Notes: generated from the letters alone by a model not told the origin. Positions 1-9,329 are shown, counted from the stretch's first letter. The stretch: 64,000 bases of DNA from Candidatus Latescibacterota bacterium (GCA_965204745.1 OZ242010.1:5056001-5120000), one strand, 5' to 3'. A program made the numbers and translations.

Positions 1-37
1 TGTCAGTCGCGCTCTCGAACACCAGTGTATCTGCCAT
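1..37 (-). CDS. 5' end of a CDS running off the window (MADTLVFESATD...)
   Basis: ATG at 35-37 on the minus strand, preceded by AAAGGAG RBS; too short to assign a function. Confidence 0.55.
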   Translation of the reverse strand, partial: MADTLVFESATD

Positions 38-209
38 TTTATCTCCTTTCTCGGTGAGTTGTTGGGCAAGCCGCGCAGATTGAAGTTACCAACTATCGGG
101 CAATCCGTCAATTGTTCTCTCGCTTGTTTCGCCTTTGCGTTCTAGGCGCGCTTTTGTATATTAGAGCGGTTCGCAGTCGGCAAAAGAACGCTCAACACAG
201 GAGGAGACA

Positions 210-689
210 ATGATGGAGCGCGCTGTGGTGATCTTTTTGGGGGGGATGCTCATGGCGGGATGCCAGATGCCCTCGCTCTTTGAAGGCCAGACGCAAATGA
301 CGCAGTACGGTCGCGTGCGGGCAGAAGGGCAATACAACAATGGGGTGCGAGACGGGGTTTGGACGTATTACGACGCACAGGGCAATGTGCAGGGGCAGGG
401 CACGTACAAAGATGGCAGGATGCAAAACGGCCTTGAAATCACGTTTCACAGCAATGGGCAAAAAAAGACAGAAGGCATGTGGACCAACGCGCAGAAAGAC
501 GGGCGCTGGGTGTTCTATTTTAGAAGCGGTATAAAAAAAGAGGAAGGGCTTTACCTCGACGGGAAGAAAACAGGCGTGTGGCGCGAATACGACCCGTCCT
601 CTTTCTACGCGCTGGAAAAGGTGTTTGAAGAGGACAAAATGGTCGGCTGGCGCGAATTTAACCTGGCCCGACTGGGCAATCCATTGTGA
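210..689 (+). CDS. MORN-variant repeat lipoprotein
   Basis: AGGAGG RBS; lipobox LMAGC; repeated G-x-Y/W-x-x-G-x-x-x-G-x-W-x-x-Y units. Confidence 0.8.
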   Translation: MMERAVVIFLGGMLMAGCQMPSLFEGQTQMTQYGRVRAEGQYNNGVRDGVWTYYDAQGNVQGQGTYKDGRMQNGLEITFHSNGQKKTEGMWTNAQKDGRWVFYFRSGIKKEEGLYLDGKKTGVWREYDPSSFYALEKVFEEDKMVGWREFNLARLGNPL

Positions 690-713
690 AAAAGCAACAG
701 ATGAACGCGGATG

Positions 714-752
714 AAAGGGGTCGTGCGTCAACTTGCACGGCCCCTTTTTTTT
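714..752 (+). terminator. Rho-independent terminator
   Basis: AAGGGGTCGTGC / GCACGGCCCCTT stem followed by a T-run, just after the stop at 689. Confidence 0.8.
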
Positions 753-844
753 GTCGTAGCCTACACCGGAGCGGAGCGAGGATCGGGTCCACCTTTTTTG
801 CTTAGGCGGTCTTTTCCCCCTTCCTGTCAGGAAGATGGAAGTTA

Positions 845-1149
845 GGTTCTGTTGACATTTTATATTTTTTGACGTTACGCACAGAGTAGCAAATGTGTTG
901 CTTGCTCATTTAAGGCGTTTGGTCCTTTGATGGCTTAGGTTGCTCTGATGGCGTGGCGCGAGGGGACCTATCCCCCGGCCCCTTTCCTACGAGGAAAGGG
1001 GAGTAAAGTCCCTTTGATGGCTTCTCGCTCTGGTTGCTCTGATGGCTTTTGCGAGGGCATAAAGCGATTAAATATCCCTCATCAATACCCTCGCAAAACC
1101 GCTCACAGTTCCCCCTTCCTCGCAGGAAGGGGGTTAGGGGGTAGGTCCC
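845..1149 (+). mobile_element. MITE family A, partial copy (left TIR only)
   Basis: TA-GGTTCTGTTGACATTT end; body near-identical to 22266-22711 and 48908-49432. Confidence 0.75.
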
Positions 1150-1155
1150 ATAAAA

Positions 1156-2091
1156 TCACACCGGCATGCTACGGCCCGAATGCGCTCGGCCGATCCGTGC
1201 GGTCTCTTCTTTGCCGCCCGCGATGACGCGCACGCCCTCGTCGATTTTTGACGCGATGGTTTCCGGGCTGGCCCCTTCGAGAAACGCGATGCCATTTTCC
1301 GCACACGCGGCTTTGATGCGATCCCGAATGGTTTGTATCTCCGGCGGGATGGGCGTTGGACGGTGCAAATAGCCCATGGACATGCTCAAATCCCCAATCC
1401 CCATTTCGGCAAACCCGATGCCGCGCACTTTGAGGATTTGTTCGATATTGGACGCGCCGCGCACATTCTCGATCTTGAGACCCAGTAACAATTCGCCATC
1501 CGGGTTTAGAGGATAGGGATCGGCTTTTTGAACGTACTCATCCCGGCTGACGCCCCATATCGCTGCGGCATGGGATTCGGACCCCACGCCTCGGATGCCC
1601 GTGCCCAACACGTTCTGTACCCATTTCCCCCGATCCACCAACCACGGTCGGCTATCCGCGTCAGGGTCGTTTTCAGTGCCGATTTTGTTGATGGGATAGC
1701 GACACGATTCGACAAAGGCGCGCACCGCATCCGCGGATTCGGTCTGACAGAGCAAAATGCCGTGGACGCCGCGCGCGAGAATTTGGCGAAATTGCCACGC
1801 ATTGTAGCGCACGATTTGCTCGTTCGCGCCCTCCACCGGGGCTTCGACAATGACGGCCGGCGTCCTGTGCCCGCTGTTCGTCGGCCCGCCCGCGACCAAC
1901 CCGCGCATGTACTCGTCCAGCCCGGCCAAATTGAACGCCCCATGTTCCATGCCCACATTGATGTAATCCGCCCAAGTGCTGGCGTCTTTCTCGCCCTGCT
2001 CAAAGGTGAGCACATGCCCGGTGTGCGCGCCCATGTAATAAATGGGTTGATCCTGCGACAACAATTCAACTGCGCGATTGATGCGATTCAT
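1156..2091 (-). CDS. HpcH/HpaI aldolase / citrate lyase family protein
   Basis: MEHG, ILARGVHGILL, KIEN..G..NIEQI and GIGDLSMSMG motifs. Confidence 0.8.
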   Translation of the reverse strand: MNRINRAVELLSQDQPIYYMGAHTGHVLTFEQGEKDASTWADYINVGMEHGAFNLAGLDEYMRGLVAGGPTNSGHRTPAVIVEAPVEGANEQIVRYNAWQFRQILARGVHGILLCQTESADAVRAFVESCRYPINKIGTENDPDADSRPWLVDRGKWVQNVLGTGIRGVGSESHAAAIWGVSRDEYVQKADPYPLNPDGELLLGLKIENVRGASNIEQILKVRGIGFAEMGIGDLSMSMGYLHRPTPIPPEIQTIRDRIKAACAENGIAFLEGASPETIASKIDEGVRVIAGGKEETARIGRAHSGRSMPV

Positions 2092-2112
2092 TTTGAAATC
2101 CTTTCGGTTAGA

Positions 2113-2320
2113 AGTCAGTCGTCAGTGGTCAATGGTCAGTGGTCAGCCCGCCCAACCCCTCCCCACCGTCAGTCCAGCGCACGCCTGACCGCGGCCTTCT
2201 TGCGTCTCGCGTCTTACATCTCACCGCCTTTGAACGTGGCCTTCTCGCGTCTTACGTCTTACGTCTCACCGCCTTTGGCCGCGGCCTTCTCGCGTCTTAC
2301 GTCTCACCGCCTTTACCGCC
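2113..2320. repeat. Heptamer array (CAGTGGT)n followed by three ~45-bp tandem units built from CTTACGT/CTCGCGT heptamers
   Basis: Direct reading of 2113-2146 and 2190-2320. Confidence 0.75.
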
Positions 2321-2321
2321 T

Positions 2322-3125
2322 TTAACCCACGCTCGCATTCTCCCACGTCTGATACCACTTGCGATAGCCGGTTTCCACGGGTTCGAGATGCCCGACCTCA
2401 AATTCGAGCGCGTAATCGCGGTCATAGCCCAGGCCTTCCACTTGCGTCCACACCCAGCGAAAGTCGATGATGCCATCGCCGAGCATACAGCGTTCCCATT
2501 GGCCTGCGGCGTTGTAATCGCCATCCTTGATATGGACGTGGACGATGTGATCCTTGAACACGTCAAAAGCGGCTTGGTAGTCCGTGCCCGCGGCCATGAG
2601 ATTGCAGGGTTCGTACAAAATCCCAAAGTACTTTGACCCCACTTTTTCGCACAACTCCAAGCAGACCGCTGGATCGCCCGAAATTTCTGTGCCGTGGTTT
2701 TCAATGCCCATGTAAATGCCCAGTTTTTCCGCGTATTCCGATGCCGCGCGAAACTGGGGCACGAGCGCGTCAATGGATGCGCGTTTGCTATCGCCGGGCA
2801 CAATGCGAATGGACTTTGCCCCAAACGCCTTGCCCACGTCCAGCGTCTTTTTCAATTCGTCTATCGCGGCGCGGCGGACATCCTCGGAGTCGGCGACAAA
2901 ATCCCGGCCGCAGTACGACCCGATATTTGCCAGTGCAACGCCATGCTTATCGCACGCCCGGCCCAAAGCGTCCAGGTCGTAATCCGGATCCGTGACGGAA
3001 AAATGGGGCATACGTCCCAACAGGTCAATTTTGTCAAATCCCGATTCGGCAACCACGCGAAACGTCTCGTCCAAACCTCTATTCCGCAAGGGAATACTAC
3101 ATGCGGAAATGCGCGTCACATCCAT
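2322..3125 (-). CDS. Sugar phosphate isomerase/epimerase (xylose-isomerase-like TIM barrel)
   Basis: IENH, HVHIKD, LGDG.ID and ALEFE motifs; AAGGAG RBS before ATG 3125. Confidence 0.85.
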   Translation of the reverse strand: MDVTRISACSIPLRNRGLDETFRVVAESGFDKIDLLGRMPHFSVTDPDYDLDALGRACDKHGVALANIGSYCGRDFVADSEDVRRAAIDELKKTLDVGKAFGAKSIRIVPGDSKRASIDALVPQFRAASEYAEKLGIYMGIENHGTEISGDPAVCLELCEKVGSKYFGILYEPCNLMAAGTDYQAAFDVFKDHIVHVHIKDGDYNAAGQWERCMLGDGIIDFRWVWTQVEGLGYDRDYALEFEVGHLEPVETGYRKWYQTWENASVG

Positions 3126-3229
3126 GTCAAATCTCCTTAAAAGCAAATTAACGGATGAAAATTTTAGGAACAGGCCCCCCCGTGCCTGTCCTTATAGATA
3201 ATAAACTCTCAGCGGTTAGCCCGCAACCC

Positions 3230-3670
3230 TGCCACCCGTGCGTGCCCTTCCCACCCCGCCGTGTCTGAATCGCGGATTAAACGGATTACGCAGATTACGC
3301 GGATTACCCCACACATCCCTACCGCCGCATCATCGTTCCCACTCCGCTATGTCCTTCGCATCCCCACCGCCATAGACCTATCCCCCCGGCCCCCTTTCCT
3401 ACAAGGAAAGGGGGAGCACATGGCTTTCTTGAAGGTTTGTATCCCTAGCTGTCCTGATGGCTTTGAGCGAATGGATCACGCCATGAAAATCCAAACCCCT
3501 CTCGCGCAATCCCCGCGCAAAACCTCTCGCCATTCCCCCTTCCTCGCAGGAAGGGGGCGAGGGGGTAGGTCCCCTCGCAAAAACGCTCACTGGTTCCCCC
3601 TTTCTCGCAGGCACAGGCGTAGCCTACAACGAAGCGAAGTGAGTAACAGGGGTTAGGGGATAGGTCCCGA
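3230..3670 (+). repeat. Composite repeat family C (CGGATTACG 9-mers plus CCCCTTCCT..AGGAAGGGG hairpins)
   Basis: Near-identical to 24880-25393; boundaries approximate. Confidence 0.75.
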
Positions 3671-3694
3671 TAATGTAGCGTTCCTTACAACCTT

Positions 3695-3740
3695 AAAAAA
3701 AAATAAAACGAGGCGATTTCCTTTTTGGAGATCGCCTCAT
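3695..3740 (-). terminator. Rho-independent terminator downstream of dsrC
   Basis: GAGGCGATTTCC/GGAGATCGCCTC stem with a T-tract on the minus strand. Confidence 0.7.
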
Positions 3741-3784
3741 TTTATTTTTCTTTGTTTCAGGGAGAATTGCGACTCCCCTTTTGA

Positions 3785-4108
3785 TTACGTGCAGCCCGTC
3801 GGCGTTGGCAGGCCCGCGATTTTGCACGCGCCATCTGCCGGGCCCGCGGGAAACAGATCGTAAATGGTATCGATGTCTTTCTCGGTCTCTTTGCACAGCC
3901 GCCGGATCAGCGGGGCGATCTCGAATTTCAGCCAGTAATTGCGGATGTAATACACCACCTGCCAATGATCCGCGCCCATCTCATCGATGCCATCTCGCCC
4001 GGCCAGATCGCGCGCCACGGCTTCGTCCCACAACTCGGGCTGTTGGATAAACCCATCTTCATCCACCTCAATTTCCTTGCCGCCCAGCATCGCAATTTGA
4101 TATGCCAA
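3785..4108 (-). CDS. dsrC: DsrC sulfur-carrier protein (TusE/DsrC family, both C-terminal Cys retained)
   Basis: EVDEDGF..P..W, HWQVV.YIR.YW, LFPAGP..GACKIAGLPTPTGC (CX10C); AGGAGG RBS, TTG start. Confidence 0.88.
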   Translation of the reverse strand: MAYQIAMLGGKEIEVDEDGFIQQPELWDEAVARDLAGRDGIDEMGADHWQVVYYIRNYWLKFEIAPLIRRLCKETEKDIDTIYDLFPAGPADGACKIAGLPTPTGCT

Positions 4109-5285
4109 CGCCGCCTCCTATTCGCCCGTGTCGTTTGGCAATATCGCGCAAGCCCTCAATCGCGGTCTCGACATGCGCTTCGGTATTGAAAGGGCCGAGG
4201 GAAATCCGCACCGTGCCCTTCATCTCCTGCGTGCCCAACCGCTCGTGAACCCTAGGCGCGCATTGCAACCCGGTGCGCGTTGCCACATTGAACTTTACAT
4301 CCAGCAAAATGCCCACATTATTCGCCGTCATCCCCGCGAGATTGACCGACAGCACGGGCACGCGCTGATCGATTTCTTCGGCGCAGTACAAAATGCACCC
4401 CTCAACACTGCGGAGACCCTCGACCAAGCGTGTGAACAACGCCATCTCGCGCGCGTGAATATTCTCCACGCCCTCGCGCTCAAGCCATTTTTGCGCGGAT
4501 AACAACCCCGCAATGCCCAGCAAATTGCCCGTGCCGCACTCCAATCGCCAGGGATACTCCTCCAAGTGATCCGGATATTCTGACCGCACGCCCGTGCCGC
4601 CATATCGCAACGGCGCCACAGACACCCCCTCGCGCACGTACATCCCGCCCGTACCCGTTGGCCCCATCAGGGACTTGTGCCCGGTAAAGCACAAAATATC
4701 GGCCTGCATCGCCTCCATGTCTATCGGCAACGCGCCCGCGGTCTGCGCGGCATCCACGCAAAAAATCACACCTCTCGCCCGACAAATCGCGCCGACCACA
4801 TGCACGGGTTGCACCGTCCCCAACACATTGGAAGCGTGGGGCATTACCACCAATTTCGTATTCGACTGGATCGCGTTGGCAACATCATCCGGATCCACAA
4901 CGCCATCGGCCCCAAACCCCACATGCGTCACCTCGACCCCCTCGTACTTTGTGAGATGGTAAATGGGGCGCAAAACCGAATTGTGATCCAAAAGCGTCGC
5001 GATCACATGATCCCCGGCTTGCAACGTGCCCTGAATCGCAATATTCAAAGCATCAGACGCATTATAGGTCAACACCAACCGATCCGGACTGCCCGTGGCC
5101 CCAAAGAACGCCGCCAACGCAACGCGCGCCTCGGCCACCATCGCCTCGGCCTCCCGCGCCAAATCCGTGCCACTGCGCCCGGGGTTCACCCCGTACTGCC
5201 GATAAAACGCCAGCGCGTCCTCCAGCACCCCCGGCGGCTTCGGAAACGTCGTCGCCGCATTGTCCATGTAAATTAAATTGGTCAT
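4068..5285 (-). CDS. PLP-dependent cysteine desulfurase (class V aminotransferase, SufS/CsdA-type)
   Basis: YMDNAATT, HNSV, HASNV, DAAQ, GHK (PLP lysine), RTGLQCA catalytic Cys; start reassigned to ATG 5285. Confidence 0.88.
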   Translation of the reverse strand: MTNLIYMDNAATTFPKPPGVLEDALAFYRQYGVNPGRSGTDLAREAEAMVAEARVALAAFFGATGSPDRLVLTYNASDALNIAIQGTLQAGDHVIATLLDHNSVLRPIYHLTKYEGVEVTHVGFGADGVVDPDDVANAIQSNTKLVVMPHASNVLGTVQPVHVVGAICRARGVIFCVDAAQTAGALPIDMEAMQADILCFTGHKSLMGPTGTGGMYVREGVSVAPLRYGGTGVRSEYPDHLEEYPWRLECGTGNLLGIAGLLSAQKWLEREGVENIHAREMALFTRLVEGLRSVEGCILYCAEEIDQRVPVLSVNLAGMTANNVGILLDVKFNVATRTGLQCAPRVHERLGTQEMKGTVRISLGPFNTEAHVETAIEGLRDIAKRHGRIGGGVGISNCDAGRQGN

Positions 5286-5351
5286 CGTGATACCAGATTG
5301 AATTGCTGTTATCCTGATATGATGCGATATGCTATCCGCAACGGATACTCT

Positions 5352-5645
5352 TGGCGTTCCGCAGTCATTCAGAGAAGCCATGGCAACCAGGCCATCGCAA
5401 AACACAATCCGATAAAGCCATCAAGCACAGCGCGTAAGGCCGTTTCGCAACCAACATCCATTATGCAACCTCCTTTGCAGGCTGGCGCGTATCGTCCTGT
5501 TACAAAAGCGATTTGCGCTGTGCAAGCCCCTCGGCGTTTGAGAGTGCCCTTTTTTGCTTCTTTTTTGGGCAAGCAAAAAAGAAGTCGCCGAAGGCATCGG
5601 AGGCAACCAACAATGCTGTAGGACCAAACGCCTTAAATGAGCAAG
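5352..5645 (+). repeat. Structured intergenic repeat family B (~300 bp)
   Basis: Highly similar to 46405-46655 and 57010-57345; internal GCACAGCGC/GCGCTGTGC and TTTTTTGC..GCAAAAAA inverted repeats. Confidence 0.8.
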
Positions 5646-5678
5646 CAACACATTTGCCAGTTGTACCCCGCTCGCAGC

Positions 5679-7046
5679 TCAGCTCATCGGCTCTTGATCG
5701 AACACAACCGCATTATTCACCAACTCATGCACCCCTGCAATCTGCAACGCCATACCGTAATGGCGTGCAATTTCCATGAGTTGCGTGCGGCATTGCAAGC
5801 ACGAGGTCGAGACGACTTTCGCATCGGTCTCGCGCATCTGCTCGGCCTTTTTTTTGCCCGAAACCCGCATCCGAAACGCCCGCACCGAGCGCAGCGCGGA
5901 CAGCCCGCCGCCCCCACCACAGCACCATTGCGTATATCCTCCATCGGGCATCTCCCGATAATCCGCGCAGGCCGCTTGCAAAATGCGCCTCGGCTCTTCC
6001 ACAATCCCGCACCCGGCGGCGAATTGGCACGCGTCGTGATACGTCACGGCCTTGGGATTTTTGTCCGGATCCAATCTCAACTCGCCCTGCTCGATCTGCT
6101 GCGCCGTGTACTCGAACCCACTCGTAATTTCAAAGGGCAGGGTTCCCCACCAGCGGCCTTTGCTCGCCATGAACTTCATCACCCGATAGGCGTGCCCGCA
6201 CTCGCCCATCACCATCACCTCGCACCCCAATTTTTCGCATGCGTCGATATAGTGCTTGTTCTCGTACTTCATGGAAAAATTGTTCCCGGTCGTAAAGCCA
6301 AAATTCGATCCGTCAAACGCCCGCGAGCTCATCGTCCAATCCGCGCCTACGGCATGAAAAACCTTTGCCATACCCATCAGATTTTCCGCGTAAACCAGCA
6401 CATCGCCCGACGGCGGCAAAAAGAAAATCTCCGCGCCCGTGCGGTCTATGGGAATGGGAATATCCCGCCCGGTTTCCTCTTTGAGTTCCCCTTCGATAAA
6501 TCGAATCGCATCCAAAAACGCCTCGGGCGACGCGCCCTCCAAATTGCCGGTTTCAAATGAATTGTGCGTGCCCTGCGCGAGGGATGGCGGCGTAAGCCCC
6601 ATCAAATCCACCAGGGACCGCCCGACGCGCGAAATCACCGAATGATCGATCCCCACCGGACAAAACGCCGCGCACCGCCGACACGTCAAACACTCGTACA
6701 CGCGCTCGGCAAACACCTCGGCATCGTCGTTTTCAAAATCCGGCTTTGGAAAAATCGCATTCCAAAACCGCCCCCAAATGGTCGCGTACTTTTTGTACAG
6801 CCGAATCACTTGCCGCGAGCGTTCCACCGGATGCATGCGCTTATCCGGTTGCCCGTAATACACCGGGCACTCCTGCGCGCACACCCCGCATTTGGTACAC
6901 GTATCCATGTACAAGCGCAGTGCTGACGGCTCGTCCTGAATCTCGCGCACAAAGGGATCCGACTCCGCAATTCGCCGCATATACGTGCGGACCAACCCCG
7001 GCGGGATGTACTTCTTCTCGCGTTCTGTCTGCTTTGGCTTTTCCAC
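5679..7046 (-). CDS. DsrK/HdrD-like Fe-S, CCG-domain heterodisulfide-reductase-type subunit
   Basis: CTKCGVCAQECP and CLTCRRCAAFCP 4Fe-4S motifs, GECGHA, TYHDAC, CCGGGGG; likely GTG start at 7046. Confidence 0.82.
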   Translation of the reverse strand: MEKPKQTEREKKYIPPGLVRTYMRRIAESDPFVREIQDEPSALRLYMDTCTKCGVCAQECPVYYGQPDKRMHPVERSRQVIRLYKKYATIWGRFWNAIFPKPDFENDDAEVFAERVYECLTCRRCAAFCPVGIDHSVISRVGRSLVDLMGLTPPSLAQGTHNSFETGNLEGASPEAFLDAIRFIEGELKEETGRDIPIPIDRTGAEIFFLPPSGDVLVYAENLMGMAKVFHAVGADWTMSSRAFDGSNFGFTTGNNFSMKYENKHYIDACEKLGCEVMVMGECGHAYRVMKFMASKGRWWGTLPFEITSGFEYTAQQIEQGELRLDPDKNPKAVTYHDACQFAAGCGIVEEPRRILQAACADYREMPDGGYTQWCCGGGGGLSALRSVRAFRMRVSGKKKAEQMRETDAKVVSTSCLQCRTQLMEIARHYGMALQIAGVHELVNNAVVFDQEPMS

Positions 7047-7059
7047 CGCTCGACTCCCT

Positions 7060-7818
7060 CTATTCACCTGCAAACGTATCGGATGTGCCCAAAAACGCAC
7101 GGCTCAAAAAAATCCCGCCCAAATGCAGCAAATGGGAAAACGGGATCGCGATCAGCAACGAGTATGCGGCGAGCAAGTGATAGACAAACATGGGTTGCAC
7201 CTCGAGCACCGGCGCCGTGCCGGTCAACAGCGCGGATGCGTATCGGCGCAACAGTTCGGCTGTCACCCCCTCGTCCAACAGCATGAGAAATGCTGTCACA
7301 GCAAAGCACAGGAGGATGAACTCCGCCAGATAGTCCCGAAAATCCGTAATCTCGCGCACGCGCTGAACCACGAGCCTGCGAACCCATAAATAAACGCCCG
7401 ACGCGCTCATCAACCCGCTACCTCCCAATGCCACAGCCAAACAAACCGCGTCCAACTCGGGCGGCAGTGCCACACGCACATGGGCAATGACCACCAGCAA
7501 CAGCCCCAAATGCAGGCACCAAGACCCCAACCACAACACCTTATCGCGCTTCCAAAGGCCGGTGAAAAACACAAACCCCTTGATCGTGCGTTTCCATTCC
7601 CCTCCCCGAGTGCGCGGTCGCCCGGGAAAAATGTCGATGGTCGGACGATACTGCCGCTTCCACACGCGATACACACGCCCTTTGCCGCCGGGCAACAACT
7701 TGAGTGCCGGATTGTAAAACCGCAACCACACCCAGATCCGCACGGTCAGCATAATAACATAAAAAGGACAGGCGAGATAGGGCAGGCGATACAGGATGAA
7801 GAAATCGAATGCGTCCAT
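7060..7818 (-). CDS. DsrM/NarI-like di-heme cytochrome b membrane subunit
   Basis: About 5-6 TM segments; heme-ligand His in WCLHLG..IAHVR and YHLL..IPFSHLLH; adjacent to the DsrK-like gene. Confidence 0.82.
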   Translation of the reverse strand: MDAFDFFILYRLPYLACPFYVIMLTVRIWVWLRFYNPALKLLPGGKGRVYRVWKRQYRPTIDIFPGRPRTRGGEWKRTIKGFVFFTGLWKRDKVLWLGSWCLHLGLLLVVIAHVRVALPPELDAVCLAVALGGSGLMSASGVYLWVRRLVVQRVREITDFRDYLAEFILLCFAVTAFLMLLDEGVTAELLRRYASALLTGTAPVLEVQPMFVYHLLAAYSLLIAIPFSHLLHLGGIFLSRAFLGTSDTFAGE

Positions 7819-7902
7819 AGATTAAGTTGCCAGCGGTCAACTTGCATTTTTTATTTTTTGGCGGATGGGGAAAGACAAAAGTCACTAGGTCGCGTTGACA
7901 TT

Positions 7903-8169
7903 TTATTTTTTTCCGATGAAAGTGGGAGCAATGCAAAAGAACGCGATTTTGGTAAGCAACCCAATCATGATTAGCCCCGCCCAAATTTTTCGGTTGATGC
8001 TCTCGATGCCGCGCTCAATCGAAGTCAGGCGCGATTCAATGCTCGCCATCCAAGTCCCCAATTGTTCAATAATGCCCTCAAGCCGTGAGATTCGGCTTTC
8101 GTGTTCAATCGTTTTTTTATCTCCTTCATCCCTTTCGATTTGGACATGTCTATTTAGTCGTACATTCAT
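7903..8169 (-). CDS. Small coiled-coil protein with C-terminal TM segment
   Basis: Heptad pattern RISRLEG..IESRLTSIERGIESI followed by a hydrophobic tail; start uncertain; 3' part duplicated at 9141-9261. Confidence 0.45.
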   Translation of the reverse strand: MNVRLNRHVQIERDEGDKKTIEHESRISRLEGIIEQLGTWMASIESRLTSIERGIESINRKIWAGLIMIGLLTKIAFFCIAPTFIGKK

Positions 8170-8272
8170 TGTCCTGATCAGTTTACCCAAAAACGCATCA
8201 AAAAACAAGGTTGAATTTCGCTATGACAGTGGCGCGGCGGGGACTGAAAGCCGAAAGCTGATTGCTGACCGC

Positions 8273-8328
8273 TACAAAAATCCCCATCTGAAATCGCTTG
8301 TGTGACCTCGGATGGGGCGGTGTTTTGG
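8273..8328. repeat. 56-bp hairpin direct repeat, copy 1 (copy 2 at 9049-9104)
   Basis: CCCCATCTGAAATCGC-TTGT-GTGACCTCGGATGGGG hairpin duplicated on both sides of the TA-like pair. Confidence 0.8.
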
Positions 8329-8452
8329 GGATTGTGTCTATGCGTTTTGTCGCGTACGATGAACCGAATCAAAACCCTTATCTCCAATTTCTCACCTTTT
8401 CTCTTGATATAGTCTTGAATATTTGGTATTTAATTCATATTCGGAGGCAATA

Positions 8453-8689
8453 ATGCCAAGTGTCAGAAATATTCCTGGGCCATATCGGTTTTTCTTTTAT
8501 AGCTTTGATTGTAACGAACCCCAGCATGTGCATGTGAGACGAGACAAAAGAACATGCAAGTTTTGGCTTGAACCCGTTGCATTATGCAAAAATTACGGGT
8601 TTTCTCCCCATGAACTCAATGAAATTCGGCGGTTGATCCAATTGCACTTTGTGATAATTTTGGAGGCGTGGCGTGAACACTGTGAATAA
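8453..8689 (+). CDS. DUF4160-family protein (putative toxin)
   Basis: GPYRFFFYS.D..EP.HVHV..KFWL.P..I.EAW.EH pattern; GGAGG RBS before ATG 8453. Confidence 0.85.
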   Translation: MPSVRNIPGPYRFFFYSFDCNEPQHVHVRRDKRTCKFWLEPVALCKNYGFSPHELNEIRRLIQLHFVIILEAWREHCE

Positions 8690-8939
8690 TATTGAACCTC
8701 GCATCAAAGCCATCGAAATTACTGAGGACCTGATCGTAGTTGATTTATTGGATGGCCGCACGATCAGCATACCGCTTGCTTGGTCTTGGCGACTTTCAGA
8801 TGCGACGCCCAATCAGCGTGAAAATTACGAATTTATCGGCGATGGACAGGGCGTTCACTGGCCTGATATCGATGAAGACATCAGTGCAGAAGGCATGTTG
8901 CGGGGCGTGCCAGCACGGCTTCCAAAACAGCGCGTGTGA
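8673..8939 (+). CDS. DUF2442-family protein (putative antitoxin)
   Basis: L.DGRTISIPLAW..RL..AT..QR.N..GVHWPDIDEDIS; overlaps the DUF4160 gene. Confidence 0.85.
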   Translation: MNTVNNIEPRIKAIEITEDLIVVDLLDGRTISIPLAWSWRLSDATPNQRENYEFIGDGQGVHWPDIDEDISAEGMLRGVPARLPKQRV

Positions 8940-9048
8940 AAATCGGTGACGAGTTTGGGTATATCAACCGAGCAGGTGAGTCATTATCAACCCGCAATTT
9001 TACGATGCTGGAAATTTTCAAAGTGATCTGTTGTGGTCTAATTGTGCA

Positions 9049-9261
9049 TACAAAAAGCCCCATCTGAAATCGCTTGTGCGATCTCGGATGGGGCGGTGTT
9101 TTGGTGGCTGTGTTGACTAACTGGGGCGTGTGTGCAGACTCAAAAGAACGCGATTTTGGTAAGCAACCCGATCATGATGATTAGCCCCGCCCAAATTTTT
9201 CGGTTGATGCTCTCGATGCCGCGCTCAATTGAAGTCAGGCGCGATTCAATGCTCGCCATCC
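9049..9261. repeat. Second copy of the hairpin repeat (9049-9104) and partial duplicate of the 7934-8051 coding segment (9141-9261)
   Basis: Direct sequence comparison. Confidence 0.8.
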
Positions 9262-9329
9262 GAATCCCCAGTTGTCTCACCTCTCCCCTCTTGCGTTTTA
9301 CGTCTTTCCGGTGGAGCGGCGGGCCGGGG

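Noticed and set aside
210-689. YwqK-type antitoxin
   Set aside because: MORN-variant repeats are generic; there is a lipobox and no adjacent toxin.
948-1226. ORFs inside repeats (also 3261-3656, 5298-5651, 24838-25252, 37599-37946, 46479-46764, 49016-49339, 57010-57404)
   Set aside because: Translations of dispersed non-coding repeats; frames are not conserved between copies.
3785-7818. Calling the organism a sulfate reducer or sulfur oxidiser
   Set aside because: No dsrAB, aprAB, sat or dsrEFH in the window, so it cannot be concluded.
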